Of a DNA stretch of 64,000 bases, positions 31,874 through 41,004 are shown piece by piece. The stretch comes from Nitrospirota bacterium. GTDB taxonomy: Bacteria; Nitrospirota; JACRHJ01. Made by a program: the position numbers and the translations under genes. The DNA lies in contig CAVTDB010000001.1 of NCBI GenBank assembly GCA_963733375.1, positions 32,268 to 96,267 on the forward strand. Reading direction: 5' to 3'. The notes under the pieces were generated by a model. That model ran no database searches and was not told the origin of the DNA. It saw only the letters and a list, made by a program, of their open reading frames with translations. The first letter of the stretch is position 1, and each line of letters starts with the position of its first letter.

Positions 31874-33204
31874 GCGCGATAGGGTTATTTATCTCCAGCC
31901 TCTCCCGCCGCACAAAGCTCTCCACCCACTTGTCCTCCGGGCGGTAGCGCTCATCTATCATCCGGTCGAAAACGGCGGGGTCTATGGGGAACTGGGACAT
32001 GGTCTTGACGACTAAGCCCTGCGGGGTCTCTTCGAGAACGTCCTCGGAATAAAATTCCTTCCACGCCATAATGTATCCCTCGTACAGCTCGTCCGGCGTC
32101 ATGAGCGCGGGCTTGAAAACAACGTTCGTGGTGGTGTAGCGGGAGAGGTCGCGGTCGATAATCCTTCCCTGGGCCTCCAGCTTATCATGACAGGCGCGTA
32201 CTTGGATAAGGGGTAAGGATCAGGAACTCGCACTCCTCTATGCCGGTCTTTTTGGCGAAATCCACCGTCCTCTCGAATACTCCCTTGTCGTCGTAGTCAT
32301 ACCCGAACACGAACGAGGCGATGAGTTTTATACCCGCGTCATGGAACCTCTTTATATTGTCCAGATGCTTCTCGGCCGTGGTAAACCCGGCGCGTTTCTC
32401 GCCGAACGAGGCCGCCATCCACGGGCCGACGTCCACATACAGAAGCCAGCAGCCGGATTTCACCAGCCTGTCAACGTAATCCTTATCCTGCGCGGCGGCC
32501 AGTGGGGCAAGCCCCGTCCATTTCTTCCCCATCCCCGCCATGCCGTCGAACAGTTCATACGTCCGCCGCTTGGCAAGATGGAAGTTATCGTCCACGAAGA
32601 AGATATATTCTTCCATCTTCTCCAGTTCCGCCAGCGCCTCTTTTATGGGCCTGCCCCGGTAGGACGTGCCGTAGATACCGGGCACGGAGCAGAACTCGCA
32701 GTTTACCGGGCAGCCGCGCGACACCTGCATGGACTGCATGGGGATGTATCCCTTCCCCGCCAGCAGGTCGCGCCGGGGCCAGGCGACATTTTCCATCTTG
32801 GGCCGCTCGACGCATTTATACAGCTTCTTCATCGAGCCGCTAATAAAATCTTTTACAAGTTCCTCCCACGTCCCCTCCGCCTCGCCCACCACTACCGCGT
32901 CCGCATGAAGGGCGGATTCTTCCGGCATGAGCGACGGGTGGATTCCCCCAGGACGACAGGTATATTTTTTTCGCGGTATTTATCCGCTATGTCATAGGCG
33001 CGTTTCGCCTGGCATGTCATCGCGGATATGGCCACCATGTCCGCCGGCTCGTCGAAATCAATCTGCTCGATCCGCTCGTCCGTGAAGGAAAGCTCGATCT
33101 CAGGCGGAGTCAGCCCCGCGACGGTTATCAGCCCGAGTGTGTGGATGTACCGGCGGTACTTTAAAGGGAAGTTGCCCCATTCGGGGTAGATAAGTTTAAT
33201 TCAT
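31851..33204 (-). CDS. B12-binding-domain radical SAM protein, at least three frameshifts
   Basis: The N-terminal B12-binding-like part was translated manually (KLIYPEWGNF..ADMVAISAMTCQAKRAYDIADKYREKNIPVVLG). The SRGCPVNCEFC cluster is in 32185-32928 and the C-terminus in 31851-32102. Confidence 0.8.
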
Positions 33205-33287
33205 ACTGCCCCTCTCTACGAGGGGTAGATAATCAAGTTTTAATTTTCTATCTCCTCCATGGGAGGGATTGAGGGAGGGTGATTGTT

Positions 33288-34217
33288 CTATTTCCAGAAC
33301 CTCGTGAAGCAGTACCACTGGTCGTAGTACTTGCCGATATATTTCTCGAATACCGCCGCCACTTTCTTTAGATTTTCCTCGGTGTCTTTTTCGCGGTCGC
33401 CCGTCGTTTGTGCGTAAATCGGCTCCTCGACGATTATCCTGTACCGGGCGTCCTTCTCCATCAGGATGAAAGACGGCAGTATGGGCGCGCCGGAGAGCAT
33501 CGCCAGGAGCACCGGCCCGCGCGGGAAATATGCCTCCGCGTCGAAAAACTTTATTTTCACGCCGCTGTCGTGGAAGAGTTTATCGCCCTGCATGGCGACA
33601 AGCTCCCCTTTTTGCAGTGCGCGCAGCATTTCCAGTGGTGAAATTTTTGACGGGTCCAGCCGGATTTCCTTCACGCCCCGCATCAGGCGCTTCCTGGTCC
33701 TCTCCCGCTCTATCGTCTCGTGGCCGTCCGGGAAATAAACTATGTTCACCGGATGCCCCAGCTTGGACAGTACTATGCCGCCCATCTCCCAGTTCCCCAG
33801 GTGGGCGGTAAGGAGTATCGCCCCCTTCCCGAGAGAGATGGCGTCTTTTATGTGGTCATACCCCTCGGCATGGGAGAGGATGGTATTAAGGACCTCCTCC
33901 CGCCTGTCGTTCATCCGGAAAAGGTCCACAAGATAGTACCCGTAGTTCACGCACATCCGGAAGCTGGTGGTGAAGAGCCGCCAGTTGGAGACCTCTTTTC
34001 CCAGGATGTGCTTGAGGTTATCCTGGTAGTTATGCCTTCTGGTGATGAAGAACGGGTAATATATGGAGGTGACAATCCAGGAGAACGCCCTCAACAGCCA
34101 CAGCGGCCAGTTCCGTATGGCCCAGAAGAACACCGGCATGAGCGTTGTGGCTACGATATGGTAGGGCAGGGTTTCCTGGCGGCCCTTCTTTAACTTCTGG
34201 ACATCTTGAAAAGCCAT
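33288..34217 (-). CDS. lysophospholipid / lipid A biosynthesis acyltransferase (LpxL/HtrB family)
   Basis: 309 aa ORF with an N-terminal TM, AHLGNWE (HX4D-like region) and family-typical length. Confidence 0.75.
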   Translation of the reverse strand: MAFQDVQKLKKGRQETLPYHIVATTLMPVFFWAIRNWPLWLLRAFSWIVTSIYYPFFITRRHNYQDNLKHILGKEVSNWRLFTTSFRMCVNYGYYLVDLFRMNDRREEVLNTILSHAEGYDHIKDAISLGKGAILLTAHLGNWEMGGIVLSKLGHPVNIVYFPDGHETIERERTRKRLMRGVKEIRLDPSKISPLEMLRALQKGELVAMQGDKLFHDSGVKIKFFDAEAYFPRGPVLLAMLSGAPILPSFILMEKDARYRIIVEEPIYAQTTGDREKDTEENLKKVAAVFEKYIGKYYDQWYCFTRFWK

Positions 34218-34391
34218 GAGGAATAATAACTAAATAATGGAAGAGATTCAAGGCTTTTTGTTGACAAGCGCGGCGCATTCATTTTAAATACTCATAACTC
34301 TCCCTTAATCCCCCTCCGGGGCACCCATTCTTATGGGTCGCATTAAGAGGGCCGCTTGGGCAGAGGGGGCGTTACTTCCATGGAGGCTCGA

Positions 34392-35040
34392 ATGCAATTC
34401 TTCAGATGCCAGATATGCGGCGACGTTTACATCGGGACTCATGGCCCCGTCCAACTGCCCGTACTGCGGCGCAAAGGCCAAATATCTGGTGCCGCCCGAG
34501 CAGTGGGTCGATGAAAACCTTACCATAACGAAGCTGTCGGACGTTTCCCGGCAAAACCTTGAGAGGGCGCTCCAGCTCGAAGTGGACAATACCCCTTTCT
34601 ACCGCGACGCCTCCGCGAAAGCATCGAGCCTGAAGCTCCAGGGGGTGTTCAAGGGGCTGGCGAAGGTGGAGAACGAACATGCTACCGTGGTCCGGAAGAT
34701 TTTGAAATGCGAGTTCCCGCCGCCGGACCCCGCGCACTCCACCGCGACGGGTGACGACGCCGAAAACCTCCGGGTTGCGCACGAAAGGGAGATAGAGGCA
34801 TCGAAATTTTACGCCCAGTCTTCCGTGCAGGCAAACGAGCCGCGGGTAAAAAAGGTATTCCTCGCGCTCGCGGAGATAGAGGCGGACCATATAAAGCTGG
34901 AACGGGAGTTGATGCAGCCCTCACCCCTGCCCCTCATGCGGGCATCCAGGTTAAAACCAAGCCCTGGGTCCCAAGTAGCATGGGGCGAGGGATTAAGAAA
35001 ATTTGTCATTCTGAGCGGAACGAAGAATCTGCCCCTATGA
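34392..35040 (+). CDS. rubrerythrin/ferritin-like protein with N-terminal rubredoxin-like Zn ribbon, frameshifted near 34440
   Basis: GGAGG then ATG gives MQFFRCQICGDVYIG. After the shift it reads APSNCPYCGAKA and then ExxH-type helices (VENEHATV, EIEADHIKLE). The 3' end runs into a repeat element. Confidence 0.65.
34921..35036. repeat. GC-rich palindromic intergenic (REP/MITE-like) element
   Basis: TCACCCCTGCCCC...GGGGCGAGGGATTAAG inverted arms plus a tgtcattctgagcggaacgaagaatc tail. Related GAGGG(T/A)GAT motifs occur at 13030-13060, 24088-24140, 27183-27250 and 33255-33290. Confidence 0.55.
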
Positions 35041-36424
35041 AACTATCCTGTTTTAAGGCTTACGACGTCCGGGGCAAGGTGCCGGAAGAGCTTGACGAGC
35101 TGCTGGCATACCATATTGGCCGGGCGCTGGCACAGGTGTTGAATCCGGGGGCCGTGGTGGTCGGGCGGGACGTGCGGCTCTCAAGCCCGGAGCTGGCGGC
35201 AATCTCTCTCCCGAGGGGCTTATGGATTCCGGCATGGACGTGCTGGATATCGGGCTATGCGGGACGGAGCAGGTCTATTTCTCCACCGCCCACCTTGGCG
35301 CGCGGCGGGCGTCCGGCGGAGTGATGGTCACCGGAAGCCACAACCCCAAAAGCGATAACGGGATGAAGTTCGTCAGCGAGCAGTCGAAGCCAATCAGCGG
35401 AGACACCGGACTTAAAGAGATAGAGGCGCTCGCCGCGAATGGGACGTTCAGGGATGCGGCGCGGCGAGGCGAGATTAAATACCGTCGACACCTCCGAAGC
35501 ATATATAAGCCAGCTTTTATCATACATCGAGCCTTTCTCTCTCCCGCCTTTCAAGGTCCTGGTAAATCCCGGCAACGGCTGTGCGGGCCCGGTAATCGAC
35601 ATGCTGGAGAGGCGGCTGCGGATTCCCCATCTCCCCGTCCCTCCGCTAGGGCGAGGGATACAATTCGTAAAAATATTCAGCGAGCCGGACGGGAGTTTCC
35701 CGCACGGCATCCCGAACCCGCTCCTGCCGGAGAACCGTGACGCGACCGCAAGAGCGGTAATCGAATCCGGCGCGGATATAGGCGTGGCGTGGGACGGGGA
35801 CTTCGACCGCTGTTTTTTGTTCGACGAGAAAGGGAAATTCATCGAGGGATATTATATCGTGGGACTGTTAGCTAGGGCGATGCTGGCAAAACATCCCGGC
35901 GCAAAAATCATCCACGACCCGCGCCTGACATGGAACACCATGACATCGTAAAATCCGCAGGCGGGATTCCCGTCATGAGTAAGACGGGCCACGCGTTCAT
36001 AAAGGAACGGATGCGCGCCGAGGATGCGGTTTACGGCGGCGAGATGTCCGCCCATCATTATTTCAAGGATTTCGCGTACTGCGACAGCGGGATGATACCG
36101 TGGTTACTGGTGCTTGAGCAGATGGCGAAAAAGGGTAAAACCCTTTCCGAGCTTGTCGTGGAGCGGGAGAAATTATATCCGGTTAGCGGAGAGATAAACC
36201 GCGAGATAGCCGACCCGGCGGCGGCTCTTGAAAAAGTGGAAGAGCATTACGCGCCCGGCGCGGTTTCCATAGACCATACCGACGGCGTCAGCATCGAGTT
36301 CCGGGAGTGGCGCTTCAACCTCCGCATGTCCAATACCGAGCCGCTGGTGAGGCTGAATGTGGAGGCGCGAGGGGACAGGAAATTAATGGAGCAGAAGACG
36401 GAAGAGCTGCTTGAATTTCTCTAA
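35037..36424 (+). CDS. manB: phosphomannomutase / phosphoglucomutase, at least three frameshifts (four ORF pieces)
   Basis: [24 protein letters not shown] (active-site Ser loop), [10 protein letters not shown] and [10 protein letters not shown] are colinear across ORFs 34980, 35222, 35439 and 35930. Confidence 0.88.
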
Positions 36425-36437
36425 CGAGGTAAACTAA

Positions 36438-36638
36438 ATGAAGAAATTCATATTATCTTTTGCATCAGCAGGATTTATATTGCCACTTATATTGCTTTCT
36501 ATTTCTGTTAGTATTCCAAATGCTCCTATCATTTTCGACAAAATTAAACTCGCCTTGTGGCCGAGTTCCTCGCAACTGACGGTTATATATACCTGGTCCT
36601 TCAGTGATCTAATAAATCTCTTTACATCAATAGGTTAA
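36438..36638 (+). CDS. hypothetical small membrane protein
   Basis: 66 aa AT-rich ORF with a hydrophobic N-terminus. AGGTAA lies just upstream of the ATG. Confidence 0.35.
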   Translation: MKKFILSFASAGFILPLILLSISVSIPNAPIIFDKIKLALWPSSSQLTVIYTWSFSDLINLFTSIG

Positions 36639-36786
36639 TGTTTTAATTTATTCAATAATAGGATTATTCTTTTGGTTGGGCTTGCATAAAAACCGTTTGA
36701 TTCTTTTAATCTTAATCCCATCGATTTTCTTGCTTGAATACAAATGGCTTCTTTTCATCTTCGGGCCACGATTGTTTATAAATTAA

Positions 36787-36893
36787 GGAAGAGCGTTACG
36801 CCCCCGGCGCGGTCTCCATCGACCATACCGACGGCGTCAGCATCGAGTTCCCCGACGGGCGCTTCAACCTCCGCATGGCCAATACCGAGCCGC
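36787..36893 (+). pseudogene. duplicated, diverged fragment of the manB 3' end
   Basis: It aligns with 36238-36344 with about 9 mismatches over 107 nt. In the manB frame it translates [36 protein letters not shown]. Confidence 0.7.
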
Positions 36894-36901
36894 GATAAAT
36901 C

Positions 36902-37837
36902 TCAAAAATAATTATTTGGTAATTTAATTTCTATTTCTTTTTTCCTTATTTGTTTTCCGTAATTTATTAATAAATCCATTCGTGCTTTAGCCAAAGCTAT
37001 ATCCTTTGCAAAAATTTCGAATAAATCATTCCAGTATTTATATGAACCTCGCGAAAAGAAATTAGCTTGGTCGCAATGAACAACAAGAGTGCCGAGCAGT
37101 TCATTCTTATCAGATAATACTGGATATATAATCGACGATTTGATGCGTTCTTTTTGATTATTATATAATTCTTTATAATCGTTGTTCGTTGAAGTATTTT
37201 CTATTATTTTCATACTTGGTTTTGATTCCTCATAAATTTTCGCCGTAATGGTATTATTATAAACATCGGGGTTATCTTTTCTTAATATCATACTGCGGGG
37301 TGCGCGTCCTTCTCTGTTTGCGCAAGCAGGAATTGTAATTTTTCCATCAATATACGATTTTGTCATAAACGTAACTTCAAAATCGATTCGATTTTGAAAT
37401 CTGCTAGATTTTCCAAAAGCCGCTTCAAAAGTATTATAAGCAGCTTCAACAGTATTTTGAATATATTCTATTGAAGTACTGAATGCTTCAATAAATTTTT
37501 CTTTATTTATATTCTCAATTTTCAAAGAAGATAATCTGTGTGATAACAACCTGTCTAAATATGTGTAGGCATGTAAAACAACGGCTTGTAATTCTTCTTC
37601 TTCATGATGCAATCTATCGCGGATGAAAATGATATATCTAGTAATAGCAACTAAAAAAGCAAATAATACAGTAAAGGTTATGGCATGCACCCATATAGGT
37701 TTTCCTACTTTAGCAATTTCGCCTATCCAAAAAGATAAATAAGCCGCAAAATAAAAGGGGACGGCAGTAATAAGACCGCCAATAAATATACGAAGGAAAA
37801 CTGGTAGAGCATCATATTTTTTTATGAGTGATTCCAT
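36902..37837 (-). CDS. hypothetical 2TM protein with a C-terminal GAF-like domain (tentative)
   Basis: 311 aa ORF with two hydrophobic helices (residues ~12-38 and ~48-72). The C-terminal SSIIYPVLSDKNELLGTLVVHCDQANFF..FEIFAKDIALAKARMDL resembles the last strands and helix of GAF domains. Confidence 0.6.
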   Translation of the reverse strand: MESLIKKYDALPVFLRIFIGGLITAVPFYFAAYLSFWIGEIAKVGKPIWVHAITFTVLFAFLVAITRYIIFIRDRLHHEEEELQAVVLHAYTYLDRLLSHRLSSLKIENINKEKFIEAFSTSIEYIQNTVEAAYNTFEAAFGKSSRFQNRIDFEVTFMTKSYIDGKITIPACANREGRAPRSMILRKDNPDVYNNTITAKIYEESKPSMKIIENTSTNNDYKELYNNQKERIKSSIIYPVLSDKNELLGTLVVHCDQANFFSRGSYKYWNDLFEIFAKDIALAKARMDLLINYGKQIRKKEIEIKLPNNYF

Positions 37838-39128
37838 CTTCCACCTTTGTTAAAGGGATATACTTTTCAATAAATTTTATAGTAGTCGGTATTAATATGT
37901 AATTCGGAATTTCCTTTATTGTGCTACATTCAATTATCAGAATGTTTTTCATTTGATTATTTATTCCTTCAGCAATAAACGAATTTTTTATTTCTTTACA
38001 CTTAATAATAATGCACGGCTTTTTTAATGAATATGCTAATCCAAATTCATAGTGAGAACCATGACTTTCTCCCAAAATTGATATAAATAAATCACAAGCA
38101 GCAACGTGCGCGGTACATTTTTCGACAACCTCCTTCGAAGTTAGTTCTTTATTTCCCCATTTATTAACATCTCTGTGTGGCAAAATATTGTCTATCCCTA
38201 CCTTATTTAATTTATTTCCAATTTCATTTAACATTGTTCTATATTCACCACGTAAAATTTTGCCATGTGCGGAAGATGCTTTAATTAATATTTCCTCTTT
38301 ATCTGACTCCTTTTCTATTGCAACAGCTGTAAAGGGCGCAGCTATATACGCTAATGGATAAGTCTTAGCTTCTGTTTTTTTACTTTCTGATTTTATAATT
38401 TCAGGATATTTTCTTTCTCCTGCTGTTTTTTCTTTTGCTGCATAAATAGGACTTAAAATTTTTATTTTTTCTTCTTCAACCGAATTTTCAAATAAATTAA
38501 TCTGTTCTGGAATGCTAACAGATCTGCGCAAAATAATTAATATTTCTTCCAGTATCGATTTTTGTATAGTTGAATTTCGAAAATCTACCACCTCACTATT
38601 TATTCTATAAAACGGTCCCAATTTATACGAGTTAATCCATTTATTATATAATTCATTTATATCGTCTAAATGGTTAGGAGGATAAAGTTTTTGAAAATCT
38701 CTTCCTCTAGTTGCTATTCTTTTCTTAATTATGTCTAACGGGCAATCACAATATATGATTAAATCAGGATTCGGTAATTCTAATATAAAATGATCAGCTA
38801 AGATTTTATAATTTTCATATGATCTATCATTTATATATCCATTCCGATAGAAATATTCCGCAAATATATAAATGTCTTCATAAAAAGACCTATCTAATAT
38901 AAAATCATACCTATTTGTCATTTCTTTGATTTCTATAGCTTTTTGACATAAAAATGATATTTGGGTTTCGAAAGCCCATCGTTTAGGATTATCAAAAAGA
39001 TCATTAAGATATTTCAGGCCTAATGGGCTTTCAGGTAAATAATTCCAACCCATATTACTTGACAAAGCACGGGCTAAAGTAGTTTTACCGCTACCCATAT
39101 TCCCAGCTATAGCAATAAACCAAGTCAT
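37812..39128 (-). CDS. fusion protein: deoxynucleoside kinase domain + nucleoside 2-deoxyribosyltransferase/DNPH1-like domain
   Basis: 438 aa ORF. It has the P-loop AGNMGSGKTT (res 8-16), LDRSFYEDIYIFA (an ERS-like motif) and the RIATRGRDFQ LID motif. The C-terminal half has YIAAPF (261-266) and ESHGSHYEFGLAYSLKKPCIII (354-375), typical of the NDT/Rcl fold. Confidence 0.65.
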   Translation of the reverse strand: MTWFIAIAGNMGSGKTTLARALSSNMGWNYLPESPLGLKYLNDLFDNPKRWAFETQISFLCQKAIEIKEMTNRYDFILDRSFYEDIYIFAEYFYRNGYINDRSYENYKILADHFILELPNPDLIIYCDCPLDIIKKRIATRGRDFQKLYPPNHLDDINELYNKWINSYKLGPFYRINSEVVDFRNSTIQKSILEEILIILRRSVSIPEQINLFENSVEEEKIKILSPIYAAKEKTAGERKYPEIIKSESKKTEAKTYPLAYIAAPFTAVAIEKESDKEEILIKASSAHGKILRGEYRTMLNEIGNKLNKVGIDNILPHRDVNKWGNKELTSKEVVEKCTAHVAACDLFISILGESHGSHYEFGLAYSLKKPCIIIKCKEIKNSFIAEGINNQMKNILIIECSTIKEIPNYILIPTTIKFIEKYIPLTKVEDGITHKKI

Positions 39129-39141
39129 AAAAAAATCCTTT

Positions 39142-40575
39142 CTATAAAACCGCGCTCATCAGCCGCGCCATATTCTCAAGGAACCTCTCAAGGCGCGCGC
39201 GCTTCTTGTAGCGCGTCAGGTTCAGTTCCATCGAGTTTTCCAGGTCTTCGAAGAAATGTTCGTTGAGGTGCTCCGCGACGGCCTTGGAGTAGCAGACCGC
39301 GCAGACCTCGAAGTTCAGCCGGAAGCTCCGCACGTCCATGTTCGCCGTCCCGACGATTCCGAGCTCGCCGTCCGCGCTCATGGTCTTTGAGTGTATAAAT
39401 CCTTTTTGATACTGGTATATCTTGCAGCCGACCTCCAGAAGCTCCTTGAAATACGACATGCTGGCGTACTTGATAATCTTCCGGTCGAAGTTCATGGGGA
39501 CGAGGAGCCGCACGTCCACACCCCGGAGCGCCGCCGCGACAAGCGCGGTCTGCACGGACTCGTCCGGGACGAAGTACGGCGTCGTGATATACAGTTTTTC
39601 CTGCGCGGATGTAATGGCGGTGAAATAGAGCTTCGCAACCTGGTCTATCTGCCTGTCCGGGCCGGACGGCACGACCTGGACTATCTCGCCCTGCGCGTCA
39701 TCCGGCCAGTCCTTTACCAGGTACTCAGCCGCGAGCATCTCGTTCGTGACGTAGAACCAGTCCTCCGCGAATATGAGCTGGAGATGGCTTGCCGCCGGGC
39801 CGGTAAGTTTTATGTTCGAGTCCCGCCAGTACCCCAGCTGCGGGTCGCGGCCCAGGTACTCGTCCCCGATATTTATCCCGCCGGTGTACGCGGTCTTTCC
39901 GTCCACCACCAATATTTTTCTGTGGTTACGGAAGTTCGCGTACGCGCCGCGCAGACGCGAGAAATGCACCGGCCTGTACTCCCGCACCTGGCCTCCCGCC
40001 TCTACTAGAGGCTCGAAAAATTTAAGCTTCGTGGACCAGGAGCCTATGTCGTCGTACATGAGCCGGACCTCCACGCCCGCCAATGCCCGCTCGATCAACA
40101 TATCCCGGAACTTTATCCCCGTCTCGTCCGGGCGGAATATGTAGTACATGGCGTGGATGTATTTTTCGGCCTTCGCCATCGCCTCGAACATATCGGGATA
40201 AGATTCCTTCGCGTCGTTCTGCACCTCGACTATGTTCCCGGTGGTCGGGGGCGGGCCGGGAAAGCTGTAGGCGAGGCGCATCAGGCCCCGGTGCCGCCTG
40301 ATTATCGCGGTGAGAGATTTGCTGAAAGTCTTGTCGAACTTCAGCTTTTGCCTGACGTCGCCGAAAGCCTCGCTTATCGCCTTGAGGAGACGGATGCGCA
40401 TATTCACCTTGCGTCTTCCGAAGACGAAATATGCGCCCAGCCCTATGAACGGGAGGAGCACCATCGCGAGCAGCCATGCCATGGTGGCGGCTGGACTCTG
40501 GTGCTCATAGATGATGAAAACGCAGGAAAGGATAATACCCGCGGCCAGGACGGACAGGATGAGGAGTGTCAACAT
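39142..40575 (-). CDS. cls: cardiolipin synthase (PLD superfamily)
   Basis: 477 aa ORF with N-terminal TMs and two HKD motifs (NHRKILVVDGKTAYTGGINIGDEY; IHSKTMSADGELGIVGTANMDVRS). Confidence 0.93.
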   Translation of the reverse strand: MLTLLILSVLAAGIILSCVFIIYEHQSPAATMAWLLAMVLLPFIGLGAYFVFGRRKVNMRIRLLKAISEAFGDVRQKLKFDKTFSKSLTAIIRRHRGLMRLAYSFPGPPPTTGNIVEVQNDAKESYPDMFEAMAKAEKYIHAMYYIFRPDETGIKFRDMLIERALAGVEVRLMYDDIGSWSTKLKFFEPLVEAGGQVREYRPVHFSRLRGAYANFRNHRKILVVDGKTAYTGGINIGDEYLGRDPQLGYWRDSNIKLTGPAASHLQLIFAEDWFYVTNEMLAAEYLVKDWPDDAQGEIVQVVPSGPDRQIDQVAKLYFTAITSAQEKLYITTPYFVPDESVQTALVAAALRGVDVRLLVPMNFDRKIIKYASMSYFKELLEVGCKIYQYQKGFIHSKTMSADGELGIVGTANMDVRSFRLNFEVCAVCYSKAVAEHLNEHFFEDLENSMELNLTRYKKRARLERFLENMARLMSAVL

Positions 40576-40613
40576 TCCTTTTTGTAACCAAAAACCGGGC
40601 GAATGTCAATCTA

Positions 40614-40697
40614 TTATAAACCGCTATGGGCCGAGGCATAGGCCATTAAGGTCAGAAAGAGCGATGCGGAAAGGAGAAGGACAATTTTTTTTAACAT
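40614..40697 (-). CDS. possible 27-aa hydrophobic peptide upstream of cls
   Basis: AAGGAGG lies 5 nt before ATG. The translation is MLKKIVLLLSASLFLTLMAYASAHSGL*. It is too short for the ORF track and was found manually. Confidence 0.3.
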   Translation of the reverse strand: MLKKIVLLLSASLFLTLMAYASAHSGL

Positions 40698-41004
40698 CCG
40701 GGCCTCCTTTTTTTTGACCCCTCTTAAAAAAAATACATACTATTATGAATCTATCAGCGGAAACCCCTTTCGTCAAACCGCGAGGCAGCGGGGGGGGCCT
40801 ACGAAAGCACTCAGGCAAACCATACGGACGGCCACGCCCCGGGCCGCGCCGGCATCGTAGACTGATAATCGGCAGGCGGTCGGGAAATTTCAGAAAGCGG
40901 CCGGGATCAAATGCGGGGCTGGACGCATTGTCTGGACGCTATCAAAGGCCTCTCCCCCTTATACTATTGACGCAGCTGGTTTATTCAGTGTAAGATTCAA
41001 GGCT

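Larger units (their letters stand above)
36425..39141. other. AT-rich block 2 (accessory island between manB and cls)
   Basis: A hand count of 38401-38460 gives 18/60 G+C, against about 38/60 in backbone lines. The block contains a GC-rich 107-nt manB-tail duplicate at 36787-36893. Confidence 0.7.

Noticed and set aside
13030-35036. The GC-rich palindromic repeats as a CRISPR array.
   Set aside because: Copies are kilobases apart, not regularly spaced, variable in sequence, and without cas genes.
27250-39141. Calling the AT-rich blocks mobile elements or prophage remnants.
   Set aside because: No integrase, transposase, terminal inverted repeats or phage structural genes are visible. Only the manB-tail duplication hints at past integration, so they are reported as compositional islands only.
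40745-41004. A cobalamin riboswitch in the 260-nt leader region upstream of the RACo-like gene.
   Set aside because: I could not find the conserved B12-box or the GGTG..AA..TCC / GCCACTG core elements on either strand.
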